Virus record (IMG/VR): IMGVR_UViG_3300035698_035275
Span: 2,843 to 66,842 of that record
Source of the DNA: a virus
Strand: one strand, 5' to 3'
DNA: 64,000 nucleotides
The position numbers and the translations under genes are program-made. The notes beneath the pieces are model-generated. The model saw only the letters and a list, made by a program, of their open reading frames with translations, was not told the origin of the DNA and made no database searches. Of this stretch, positions 19,481 to 28,630 are shown in pieces (positions within the stretch are counted from its first letter, which is position 1; each line of letters begins with the position of its first letter).

Positions 19481-20401
19481 ATGTCTGGGATTAGCATAGA
19501 GGCAGAAAAGGGCAAAGACATAGGTGGAACCGTCGAGGATGCTGTTGGGACAGTAGGCACTGGTGGCAGTGACCTGTCAACAGCCAGCGACGGAGTAAGA
19601 AGCGGAAAGACTAACACCCTAAAGCTGGTATCCGGGCTTACTCTGCTGGTGTCAAAATTCAAGGTTAAGCACGAGGACATATGGTCCGACCGAGATAAGA
19701 TGTACGCTGGTGGAATGGAGGACATATTCGAGGACATAACCATTAAGGTTGTAGACCCAGGACCATATAGCGAAACCGGCGTATTCAAGGACGGAGTGCT
19801 TGACTGGTCTAGGGTCCTCACTGGCGATAGGGTTGACCTCCTAGTACAAAACAGAATAAAGTCGTATCGACACGGTAACGAGTATTGGTTCGATCACGTA
19901 TGCCCAAAATGTCAGGCAGCACAGGATGATACATTCGTCGACTTGCTGAAGCTGAAGAGAAGGGAGCTGTCCGCCGACTCCAGAGCTAAGCTTATTTCGG
20001 GAGGACCGTTTGTAGCCGACCTTATGGATGCCGATGGTGGCGCTAAGTTCCTAATGCAGACCGGAGCGGACGAACGCAAGCTGATGGATATGGAAAGAAA
20101 CGGACAGATAGACAAGGGTAAGAAGTCGGCAGAACTCATTATCAGGGTTAAGAGCATAGACGGTATTGCCCCAGAAAGGCTTGTCCCATACATCAGGGAG
20201 GACATGACGTCAGACGATGCGTGTGACCTGAGAAATAAAATGGATGAGGTTGACTGTGGCATAGATACATCCGTGTTCCATAAGTGCTGGTCGTGTAAAA
20301 GTCAGTATTGGGCTGATGTCCCTTTCGATCAGGGGTTCTTATCTCCGCAGAGGGAAATAGCGAAGAGAAGGAAGGCAATGCATGCAGAAGAAGGCGTGTA
20401 G
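19481..20401 (+). CDS. Tail assembly chaperone (T4 gp26-like, two CxxC pairs)
   Basis: GDRVDLLVQNRIKSY, CPKC and CWSC; between tube and tape measure. Confidence 0.7.
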   Translation: MSGISIEAEKGKDIGGTVEDAVGTVGTGGSDLSTASDGVRSGKTNTLKLVSGLTLLVSKFKVKHEDIWSDRDKMYAGGMEDIFEDITIKVVDPGPYSETGVFKDGVLDWSRVLTGDRVDLLVQNRIKSYRHGNEYWFDHVCPKCQAAQDDTFVDLLKLKRRELSADSRAKLISGGPFVADLMDADGGAKFLMQTGADERKLMDMERNGQIDKGKKSAELIIRVKSIDGIAPERLVPYIREDMTSDDACDLRNKMDEVDCGIDTSVFHKCWSCKSQYWADVPFDQGFLSPQREIAKRRKAMHAEEGV

Positions 20402-20607
20402 GCCATGCGTGGATGGTCCTGCCGTTAATGGATCAAGCTAACTCATTCAAGAAGAGGCTGTCATTGTGCTGGAGGGCGCATGGTGGCAGCGGCCTTGGCA
20501 TTACGTTTGGAGATATTGATGATATGACCGTCGATGAATTTGAAATGGCGCTGGATGTAGTAAGAGAATTTCGAGAGCTGGAGTCTAGGGCCATAAAGAA
20601 AGGGTGA
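20320..20607 (+). CDS. -1 frameshift extension of tail assembly chaperone (G-T type)
   Basis: C CCT TTC heptamer in X XXY YYZ phase; -1 frame open 20317-20607. Confidence 0.6.
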   Translation, partial: PFRSGVLISAEGNSEEKEGNACRRRRVGHAWMVLPLMDQANSFKKRLSLCWRAHGGSGLGITFGDIDDMTVDEFEMALDVVREFRELESRAIKKG

Positions 20608-20614
20608 TAGTACA

Positions 20615-22840
20615 TTGTCACTGAATAACCTAGGTTTGGGATTTAATTTTACCGCTAGAGATATGGCCAGCGGAGCTGTAAGAGGGCTAAATAGTAGTAT
20701 GTCCAAGCTAGGTAATTCAGCCACCGGAGCACAAAGCAAGATATCAAGTGCCATGTCAATGATGGGTAAGGGTGCTGGTATAGCTGCGGCTGGTGCTGCA
20801 ATAACCGGAATGGTGGCGGCACCTGTCGTTATATCAGCATCCTTCTCAAAGGGAATGGCAGAAGTGAACACGTTAGGTGACTTCACCACCGAGCAAATGG
20901 ACAACATGGGCAATAGTCTTCTGGACATGTCTGCTAAATATGCATCTGGTCTGGACACAGCGACAAAATCCCTGTATGATACGTTGTCCGCGTCAATGAG
21001 TGTTGCCGATAGTACGGCATTCCTTGAGCGGTCGTTCAAGGCGTCCGTTGGTGGGTCTACTGATGCTAGTACGGCGGTGGATGCGCTATCCACTGTTATA
21101 AACGGCTATAAGGGGTCAATAGCTGGTGTAACGTTAGAAACAGATGGAATGGCTAAGGTGGTAGCCAGAACCAGTGACTTAATGTTTATGGCTGTAAACA
21201 AGGGTAAGACGACATTCCCCGAGCTTGCAGCATATATGGGGCAGGTGGTACCGACTGCCAACGCGTTAGGAGTAGGTTTTGACCAGTTGACTGGGGCCTA
21301 TGCCACTATGACCAAGCAGGGAATAAAAGCTGCTAACGCTACCACACTAATAAAGCAGGCATTGACAGCCGCCACCAGCAAGCAGGAGGTAGCGGCTAAG
21401 ATGGGTAAGAAGGTAGCTGACGCCTTCAGTCTGCAGAGCCTAAGGTCAAAGGGCCTGCAACAATGGATGGTAGATGTGGGTAATGCGGTAGGCAATAGCA
21501 AGGAGAAGATGATAAAGCTCCTGGGCAGTAGTGAGGCTATGTCGGCATTTATAGCTATGACAGGGGTTAACGCTAAAACGGCAGCGGATGACTTGGCGGC
21601 AATGGGGGATAGCGCTGGTGTTACAGATAGATCATTCAAGAAAATGAGCAACACGCTGATATTCCAGTCTGATAAAATGGCTAAGAGTTCTAAGGTGCTG
21701 GCTGTTAAGTTAGGCAGTGGCCTTGAGAAAGCACTACTGCCTGTAGCAAAGGCTATGAATAGGGTAATAAGTGCGGTTATAGAATTTGCGGGGGAAAATC
21801 CGAAGTTAGTTGATACCGTCATGAAAACGGTGGCCGTGGTGGGCCTGCTGGTGATGGCTGTAGGTGGTGGTATGTTCATATACGGACTGATAGCGGCTTT
21901 GACACTGTTAGCACCAATAGCGCTAGCAGCAGCGGCACCAGTAGCCATTATACTAGGAGTCATAGCGGCAGTCATAGCTATAGGGTACTTGCTTAAGAAG
22001 GCTTGGGATGAAAACCTGGGCGGGTTCAAAGACTCAATAATGGAGTCATGGGGAGTGTTGAAGAGCGCGTTTTCAGACCTGGCCTATGTATTCGGTCCGC
22101 TTATAGACGTCGGGAAAATGGCACTGGAGGGCCTCGGGTTGATGGGTGGCGGTCTGGATGATACTGGTGACTCTGTTAGCGTGTTTGGGGCGATAGTGAC
22201 AGCTCTGGCAACGGTAGTAGGTAAGGGATTAAGCTTTATGGTACAGCTAATAGTATTTAATATAAAGTTAGGTACTACAATAATAAAGGGAATGATCGAC
22301 GGGATAGCATGGCTAATAGGGGCTGTGGTAGATGGTGCTCCAAAGGTGGCTGACGCTCTAACAGGTGCATTTTCCAAGGCGTGGGACTTTATTTGTAAGC
22401 TGTTCAGGCGTGGCGCTGCATTTGTACTAGAGATGGTCACTGCTCCGATAAGGGGGCTATTAAGTCTAGCATCGAAAATACCTGGTATCGGTAAACACGC
22501 AGAGCGACTTAGAGAGTCAATAAATGGGGTTATAGGAGATGTACGCGGTGACATGTCGGAGGGAGAGCCTAAAACAGGGGCTGACTCGTCAGGGGTATTT
22601 GACGCCAGCAATACGCCAGCAATAGCCGAGGCGGAACATAGGGAAACGATGTCTAGCGAGTCGAATGATGCTATTAGGGAGTCCGCAAAGTCTAATTATG
22701 CATTAGCTAGCATAGTAAAAGACGCTTCTGTAGCCGATAAAAAAATAGTGCTGGAAGTGGACGGCGAGGAATTAGCTAATGCTGTAAGCAGGAGTAATGA
22801 CTCATTGGCAGAGCGGTCATTTGCTCCGGGTGGTGCATAA
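20615..22840 (+). CDS. Tape measure protein (TP901-type)
   Basis: LGLGFNFTARDMAS start, AVNKGKTTFPELA core, hydrophobic central segment, Ala/Gly-rich helices. Confidence 0.9.
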   Translation: MSLNNLGLGFNFTARDMASGAVRGLNSSMSKLGNSATGAQSKISSAMSMMGKGAGIAAAGAAITGMVAAPVVISASFSKGMAEVNTLGDFTTEQMDNMGNSLLDMSAKYASGLDTATKSLYDTLSASMSVADSTAFLERSFKASVGGSTDASTAVDALSTVINGYKGSIAGVTLETDGMAKVVARTSDLMFMAVNKGKTTFPELAAYMGQVVPTANALGVGFDQLTGAYATMTKQGIKAANATTLIKQALTAATSKQEVAAKMGKKVADAFSLQSLRSKGLQQWMVDVGNAVGNSKEKMIKLLGSSEAMSAFIAMTGVNAKTAADDLAAMGDSAGVTDRSFKKMSNTLIFQSDKMAKSSKVLAVKLGSGLEKALLPVAKAMNRVISAVIEFAGENPKLVDTVMKTVAVVGLLVMAVGGGMFIYGLIAALTLLAPIALAAAAPVAIILGVIAAVIAIGYLLKKAWDENLGGFKDSIMESWGVLKSAFSDLAYVFGPLIDVGKMALEGLGLMGGGLDDTGDSVSVFGAIVTALATVVGKGLSFMVQLIVFNIKLGTTIIKGMIDGIAWLIGAVVDGAPKVADALTGAFSKAWDFICKLFRRGAAFVLEMVTAPIRGLLSLASKIPGIGKHAERLRESINGVIGDVRGDMSEGEPKTGADSSGVFDASNTPAIAEAEHRETMSSESNDAIRESAKSNYALASIVKDASVADKKIVLEVDGEELANAVSRSNDSLAERSFAPGGA

Positions 22841-22841
22841 T

Positions 22842-23378
22842 ATGTCTAATGTAATGTGTATAAACCCCGTTAAAGGGTATATCGAAAACACGGTCACTGG
22901 TGAGGGCAAGGAGTTCCTTATGAATCCTAACTCAGCATCCGAGTCGGTGACTGTAAACCATGAGGACGCTACGCCACATGCAATGTCGCACAGCGTGTAC
23001 TCATATAATAACACGACCGGAGCGACCAGGCCGGTGGTGCTATTTGTGTCAAGAGCTGATGTAATGCGGCGAATGAAGACCGGGGCAAAGGCGGCACAGG
23101 AAATAATAGATGACTATAGAAGGTTCCTGTGGTCCTTGACAGTCCCTGATGGACAATCACTGTTAAACGGTGCAATGGGGGCTGATACCCCAATAGTCAA
23201 TCTGTGCTGGCCTGGTACGTTCACTGGCAAATGCAAGGTGTTCGGAATGAGCATATCATACAGGCTATTTGATGTAAGCCTTAGGCCCAAGGTCTATATG
23301 GCATCGATAGAGTTCAAGGAGTACAGAATAGGTAGAAAATGGTCAGAAGAGGTACGAAGAAACGGAATACATTGGTGA
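22842..23378 (+). CDS. Tube initiator / P2 gpU-like baseplate protein
   Basis: FLMNP..SV.VN..; P.V.L.WPG; follows tape measure. Confidence 0.65.
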   Translation: MSNVMCINPVKGYIENTVTGEGKEFLMNPNSASESVTVNHEDATPHAMSHSVYSYNNTTGATRPVVLFVSRADVMRRMKTGAKAAQEIIDDYRRFLWSLTVPDGQSLLNGAMGADTPIVNLCWPGTFTGKCKVFGMSISYRLFDVSLRPKVYMASIEFKEYRIGRKWSEEVRRNGIHW

Positions 23379-23384
23379 TTAATA

Positions 23385-23705
23385 ATGCCACCTAAAAGAG
23401 ACAGCTTTCATGGACAGTGCTTGGCAATAGCCCGACGCGGCAAATTGTACCTCACCACTCTTGAGCCTATGAGATACGAGGACAGGGAGGACACGACGCT
23501 GCATGAGGCCATGTCTGGGGATACACTGATGCAGATAGCAGAGTTATACTATGGTAAAGACGGGTGGAAATACTGGAGAATGCTGGCTATGTTCCAGCCG
23601 GATCCAATAGTAGATCCGACTGTGGCGTTTAAAGCTGGTAAAATGGTATATGTGCCTTCCAGAAGGAAGGTATCAGAGTATATGAATCCAAGCGTTAGGA
23701 GATAG
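23385..23705 (+). CDS. LysM/gpX-like baseplate protein
   Basis: GDTLMQIAELYYG..W..LA..DP..G..VYVPS. Confidence 0.75.
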   Translation: MPPKRDSFHGQCLAIARRGKLYLTTLEPMRYEDREDTTLHEAMSGDTLMQIAELYYGKDGWKYWRMLAMFQPDPIVDPTVAFKAGKMVYVPSRRKVSEYMNPSVRR

Positions 23706-25291
23706 TGATGACCGCTAGCGCCGCACTAATAGATATGTGGACCGATTACGGGGCGTTCGAGGTGACGGTTGGAAGCGGTGTGTATTTCTCTGTAGAGGTT
23801 ATCAACAGTGGCAATGTCGATGGGTACTTAGACCTATCTGACAAGTTCACATCATTCTCATTTAAGGACCCGGATAATAAGGCTGACTCATTCACTATCA
23901 AATTACACAACAGTGACTTGACGCTGTTCGACGATCCTAGGCTGTTCGAGGGCCAGGTGGTGAAATTGTCATGGGGATATTATAACCTAATGACAATACC
24001 AAGAAAGATGAAAATAAAGAAAGTTAAGGGCTGGAGAAAGGTCACGATCGAGGGAATAGCTATGTCGGTGGAGATGGACAAGTCCGCTAAGTTTAGGCGA
24101 TTTGACAGCATGACACATTCTGAGATAGCTGAACAGATAGCACTTGAAGAGGGATTCGACCCGCTAATGATACATACTCAAGAATCCGAAATAGCCACTA
24201 CGACGATGTATAACGCCGACCTAGAGTATAAAATATCGGCGTCAGAAGAGGCAGCATCGGAGGAGGAAATGGCTATAATGAGTATGCCGCCTCTTAGGGG
24301 TACTGTTATTCCATCGATCAGCCAGTTCGACAGTAATGCTAAGTTCCTGGCTAGGCTGGCTGTCAAGGCTGGGTTCGTATTCTTTGTAGATCACACCGGA
24401 TTCCACTTTCATCGTAGGAAGCTTGGAACGCCACCAATGAAGACATACTCATGGGGTATTGAGGTAGACGGGGTGTCGTCCAGGATAATAGGCGATCCAC
24501 TGTTCGAGTCGGAGCATACACATAAGAAACCCGGAGTCATAAAGGTAGTAGGCATAGACGATGAAACCGGGGTACCGTTTGAGGTAAGAGCTAGTAATAG
24601 CGATACTAGTAGAGATGGCCTCGGGTCGTCGCAGTCAACAATGGACCCTGAAGCAGTGAGCACCGGAACCACGTATGATAGATTGGCAAGTGAGGAAGTA
24701 ATACATTCATCAGCCAAGAACGAGCAGCAGGCCAAAGAAGAGGCTGATGCTAAGTTCTTCCATAGATCAACCGATCGCATGAAGCTGTCGTTTAAGGCTG
24801 AAGGGGATCCAAGGGCATACTCGAAGGGTGTTATTCAATTCTGGTGTGCATCCAAATATGTGTCTGGTGCATACTACACCGTGGACGTGGCCACCGACAT
24901 ATCTAATGGCGGGTTTACGCAGTCACTGAAACTATCCAGGGACGCCAGCAACGCGATACCACTTGAGATATCACTACCGGATGTATCAGTAGCAATGCCA
25001 TACGTGCCAGAGGGGGAAGAAGAGAGCGCAGACACCATAAACCTGTCTGGCACCTCTGACAGGGTACCCAGCATGGCAAAGGTTAATACTGGAGAAGTGG
25101 CCGATATAAACGCCCCCACAGTGGTTCCCACTGCGGAGGAGCTGCCGGATGGTAGTTGGCAAAAAGCGTGGTCGTATCAGTGGAGCGGTTTAGCATTAGG
25201 GACTACCATAAAATACACGCAGAGTGCCGGACATAACGCGAGTCTGCTACTCAAGAAGAGAATAAGAACAGAACTGGGCATATCACTATGA
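23705..25291 (+). CDS. Baseplate hub (P2 gpD / Mu gp44-like)
   Basis: ADSFTIKLHN, WGY, SNAKFLARLA..GF.F.VD, GDP..G.Y motifs. Confidence 0.8.
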   Translation: MMTASAALIDMWTDYGAFEVTVGSGVYFSVEVINSGNVDGYLDLSDKFTSFSFKDPDNKADSFTIKLHNSDLTLFDDPRLFEGQVVKLSWGYYNLMTIPRKMKIKKVKGWRKVTIEGIAMSVEMDKSAKFRRFDSMTHSEIAEQIALEEGFDPLMIHTQESEIATTTMYNADLEYKISASEEAASEEEMAIMSMPPLRGTVIPSISQFDSNAKFLARLAVKAGFVFFVDHTGFHFHRRKLGTPPMKTYSWGIEVDGVSSRIIGDPLFESEHTHKKPGVIKVVGIDDETGVPFEVRASNSDTSRDGLGSSQSTMDPEAVSTGTTYDRLASEEVIHSSAKNEQQAKEEADAKFFHRSTDRMKLSFKAEGDPRAYSKGVIQFWCASKYVSGAYYTVDVATDISNGGFTQSLKLSRDASNAIPLEISLPDVSVAMPYVPEGEEESADTINLSGTSDRVPSMAKVNTGEVADINAPTVVPTAEELPDGSWQKAWSYQWSGLALGTTIKYTQSAGHNASLLLKKRIRTELGISL

Positions 25292-25866
25292 TAGACGCTG
25301 ATGGCAAAATAAGGGTCCCGGTCGAGGGAACAGTGGTTAGTAATAACGACCCTGATGGCAGATACAGGGTTACAGTATACGTTCCAGGTCTGTTCGAGCC
25401 GGGGTCTGGATGGGTTAGGCCAACAGGGACAATAGGCGGTGGGAAGGCTGGCCGTGGTGGGTTCCTCGGTCCGGCAGAAGGATCATTAGTCACTTTGATA
25501 TTCATAGGCGGAGATCCTGATAACCCTAGATATCTATGTGGAGACTGGCCTAAGGGGGGATTGCCGGAGAATAGCGACGGCGGTAATCCGGACGTGCTAG
25601 CGCTGTCGCTGGGCGGGTTAAGACTGGTACTGTCAAAAGGGGTAGTAGACGACGACTACCCAGATGGCAGGGGAAAAGCCATCATATACACCGTTCCAGG
25701 GAACTCCAGAAACTACATAGAACTGGATGGGGAGACTAATTCCGTGACTGTAAGTGGAATAACGGACACACAGGTATTGGCTGATGGAAGAGTTAAGATT
25801 AAAGGTCGTTGTGCTACTGAAATATCGGACAGGGTTGTAATACCATCTCCGAAACCAATATCGTGA
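25288..25866 (+). CDS. Baseplate spike (gpV/gp5 OB-fold)
   Basis: GTVVSNNDPDG.YRV.V.VPGL..W..P..G..V..FIGGDPDNP.Y. Confidence 0.85.
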   Translation: MIDADGKIRVPVEGTVVSNNDPDGRYRVTVYVPGLFEPGSGWVRPTGTIGGGKAGRGGFLGPAEGSLVTLIFIGGDPDNPRYLCGDWPKGGLPENSDGGNPDVLALSLGGLRLVLSKGVVDDDYPDGRGKAIIYTVPGNSRNYIELDGETNSVTVSGITDTQVLADGRVKIKGRCATEISDRVVIPSPKPIS

Positions 25867-25876
25867 GGTAATTAAT

Positions 25877-26644
25877 ATGGCCGTGGTACTCAGTCACTCG
25901 AACTGCATAAAGATAAAGACAAGCCATACGACCTGTGAGCCGTCATTTGCCGGCGTCCCAATATTGGTGGGCCTTAGTGTTGATATGTTCGACCCACTCG
26001 GGCAGGCGCTAGATGCTGTAAACAGCCTGATGGGGTCACTAGCACCAATGAAGCCGTTCTTTGACGTGCTGGCGCTGGCAGTGCAGGCGGTGAAGTGCGT
26101 GCAGGAAATACCGGATGCAATAATAAAGCTGGACCCGTCCGGGATAATAAATTGTATACCTAAGTTGGCTGAGAGAATGGCTGCTGTGATGGGGCATCTG
26201 CCGCAGGTGTCGCTATTTAAAATGGTAGCTGGTATGGTGTGCTTATTAATAACGCTACTCGAAGCCATAAAGACATGGCTTGAGACTATACGTGACTCCG
26301 TGCTTGACTTAAGCTTCGTGCTGGAGCAGAACATAACCCTAAATGACCCCAATCTGGGGGCAATGATATCATGTGGCGAAGCAACCATGATAGGTATGCT
26401 GGACGGTCTATCTGGTCTGTTTGACATGGTAATGGTAATTATCGACGTAGTGAATATATTCCTGGAGCTGGCGCAGTTAGACCCAATAGAGATTGGTGGG
26501 GCGCACTCGTTCGGCTTGGACGCTGGCATGTCGTTGGAACCAACGTGGCTGGACCCGATAATTGAGATACTGGACACTACTATAGCATCGTTAAGGGTGG
26601 CACTAGCGGTCATTCCGACCGGGGTCACTATGATGCCAGTGTGA
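25877..26644 (+). CDS. Hydrophobic helical hypothetical protein in baseplate operon
   Basis: GAGG RBS; 255 aa, strongly aliphatic. Confidence 0.6.
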   Translation: MAVVLSHSNCIKIKTSHTTCEPSFAGVPILVGLSVDMFDPLGQALDAVNSLMGSLAPMKPFFDVLALAVQAVKCVQEIPDAIIKLDPSGIINCIPKLAERMAAVMGHLPQVSLFKMVAGMVCLLITLLEAIKTWLETIRDSVLDLSFVLEQNITLNDPNLGAMISCGEATMIGMLDGLSGLFDMVMVIIDVVNIFLELAQLDPIEIGGAHSFGLDAGMSLEPTWLDPIIEILDTTIASLRVALAVIPTGVTMMPV

Positions 26645-26651
26645 GGCTATT

Positions 26652-27086
26652 ATGGCAGTAGCTAGCGGAATAAAAGATAGATACAGGACTCTTTCACCGT
26701 CTATGTACAGGGACGGCAGCGACGATTTCAAGGTAGTATCCGGAGAAGATGCTATAAGTGAGTCGATAGAGACAATATTAACCACCAGATCAACTAGGCC
26801 GGGGTCAGTCGGTGAGCTTCCATGGAGGCCGTCATTTGGTAGCAGAATGCAGGAGTTAAGACATAAGAGCCTGCCAGACCAGGTACTTATAGAACTGGCT
26901 AGGCAGGACGCCACCGAGTCCATCGGCATCTGGGAAAAGAGGGCAATAGTGACGGGGGTTGACATACAAATAACTAGAAATAACGGTGGAGAAGGTAGGT
27001 GCTTCCAAATGAGTGTATTATGGGTTCCTACCGGGGTTAACTCCGGCAGCGTGCAGAGACGTACAACCGTATTAGTGGGGGGTTGA
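26652..27086 (+). CDS. Baseplate wedge / sheath initiator (gp25/GPW-like)
   Basis: SIETILTT..GELPWRPSFGS..WEKR. Confidence 0.85.
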   Translation: MAVASGIKDRYRTLSPSMYRDGSDDFKVVSGEDAISESIETILTTRSTRPGSVGELPWRPSFGSRMQELRHKSLPDQVLIELARQDATESIGIWEKRAIVTGVDIQITRNNGGEGRCFQMSVLWVPTGVNSGSVQRRTTVLVGG

Positions 27087-27090
27087 TAAC

Positions 27091-28617
27091 ATGATATTAA
27101 ACCCGGCAAAAATGCCAGCCAATCTTGATTATACGGACAAGGATTTCGACTCTATAAGAAGGAGACTGATTAATCTCACTGGGTCAGTATTTCCCGAGTG
27201 GGAAATCTCAGCCCTTGGTGACTGGTCTGCGATACTGTTAGAAATGAATGCGTTCGTACTAGACATCGTATGTGGGTATTTGGACTTCTCCACGATGGAG
27301 GGCAGACTAGCCACAACCACACAAAGGATAGAGGCCATACGCATACTGGAGCTTATAGGCTATGAGATGGCTGGGCAGACTTCCGCCACCGTTGATGTGC
27401 AGGTATCTATTACTAGTGGTCTGTTACAGGCATCAGTAAGGATACCGGCTGGCACAAAAGTGAGAAATAAGGACACCTCAAATAGGATAGAATATCAGAC
27501 CCTGGCTGACGTCGTATTCACTGCTGGAGGAGACGCCATCAAAATGGTGTCGGTCGAGAATTCATCCGTTCAGCAGGAGGTGTTTACCCCAGATGGCACA
27601 CCTGAACAGACATACATGCTATCTAAATACCCGTATTTGGACGAGGGCGATGATTCAGTTATAGGCATAAATATTGAGGGCAATTGGGCAATAAAGGACT
27701 CTCTGCTTAACTCCGGCGCTAACGACAGACACGTAATGATAAGGGTAGACCAATATGACAGAGCTACCCTGTATTTCGGAGATGGCATTAATGGTGCCGT
27801 GCCGGTTTCCCCGATAACGCTGGCTTATAAGTACGGCGGTGGAGCCACAGGCAGAGTATCGGCTGGGTCCCTTATCGTAATAGACGGGGTGTTTAAGGAT
27901 GTCAACGGGAATCTAGTGACATTTGGTGTCACCAACCCGGCGGGGTCTACTGGTGGGGATAACAGGGAAACAGTGAATAGCGCAAAGCAGCTAGGGCCTG
28001 CCAGCCTGAGAGCAACAGAAAGGACCGTCACGACCGAAGACTTTGCAATAAGGGCGATTCAAGGCGGCGCTGATAGAGCTATGATGCTTACTAGTGACGA
28101 AGATTTATCCGTCCCGGAAAATGTAGGCCAATTATATATGGTGTCGTCGACAAGCGATACCATATCATCTGCCATAAAGTTAGCAATAACGGCTTTGTAC
28201 ACAGTGGACTATCCGAAAATAACTACATTCTCGGTGCAGCTAATAGACGCTCCAACAAAGGCCGTTAACGTGGGGGCTACCGTACACTTTAACGATGGAT
28301 ATGACAAAACGACGGTTAGGAATAGCATACTGGAAAATCTGGGGGTGTACATGAGTCCAATAAACGCGGACGGCACGTCTAATAGTAATGTTGACTTCGG
28401 GTACAATATGAGGAATGATGAGGGGCTACACCCTGTATTAGCGTTCTCAGATATTTACAACATAGTAAGGGATACTATTGGTGTAAGAAAGATAAGCCCG
28501 AATGTTGGTGACTTTACATTAAACGACGTACAAGCGGATGTTGTGCTGCTGAATAACCAATTCCCGGTATTAGGGACTGTGGTAATAGTAGATGGAGATA
28601 CTGGGTCTACCGTATGA
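27091..28617 (+). CDS. Baseplate J-like wedge protein
   Basis: DYTDKDFDSIR, FGDGINGAVP, NP.GSTGG..ET, RTVTTEDF. Confidence 0.9.
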   Translation: MILNPAKMPANLDYTDKDFDSIRRRLINLTGSVFPEWEISALGDWSAILLEMNAFVLDIVCGYLDFSTMEGRLATTTQRIEAIRILELIGYEMAGQTSATVDVQVSITSGLLQASVRIPAGTKVRNKDTSNRIEYQTLADVVFTAGGDAIKMVSVENSSVQQEVFTPDGTPEQTYMLSKYPYLDEGDDSVIGINIEGNWAIKDSLLNSGANDRHVMIRVDQYDRATLYFGDGINGAVPVSPITLAYKYGGGATGRVSAGSLIVIDGVFKDVNGNLVTFGVTNPAGSTGGDNRETVNSAKQLGPASLRATERTVTTEDFAIRAIQGGADRAMMLTSDEDLSVPENVGQLYMVSSTSDTISSAIKLAITALYTVDYPKITTFSVQLIDAPTKAVNVGATVHFNDGYDKTTVRNSILENLGVYMSPINADGTSNSNVDFGYNMRNDEGLHPVLAFSDIYNIVRDTIGVRKISPNVGDFTLNDVQADVVLLNNQFPVLGTVVIVDGDTGSTV

Positions 28618-28630
28618 TGGAGGTTATATA

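Noticed and set aside
20352-20358. GGGAAAT as a lambda-like slippery site
   Set aside because: Out of phase (reads AGG GAA ATA in the chaperone frame); CCCTTTC at 20320 is correctly phased
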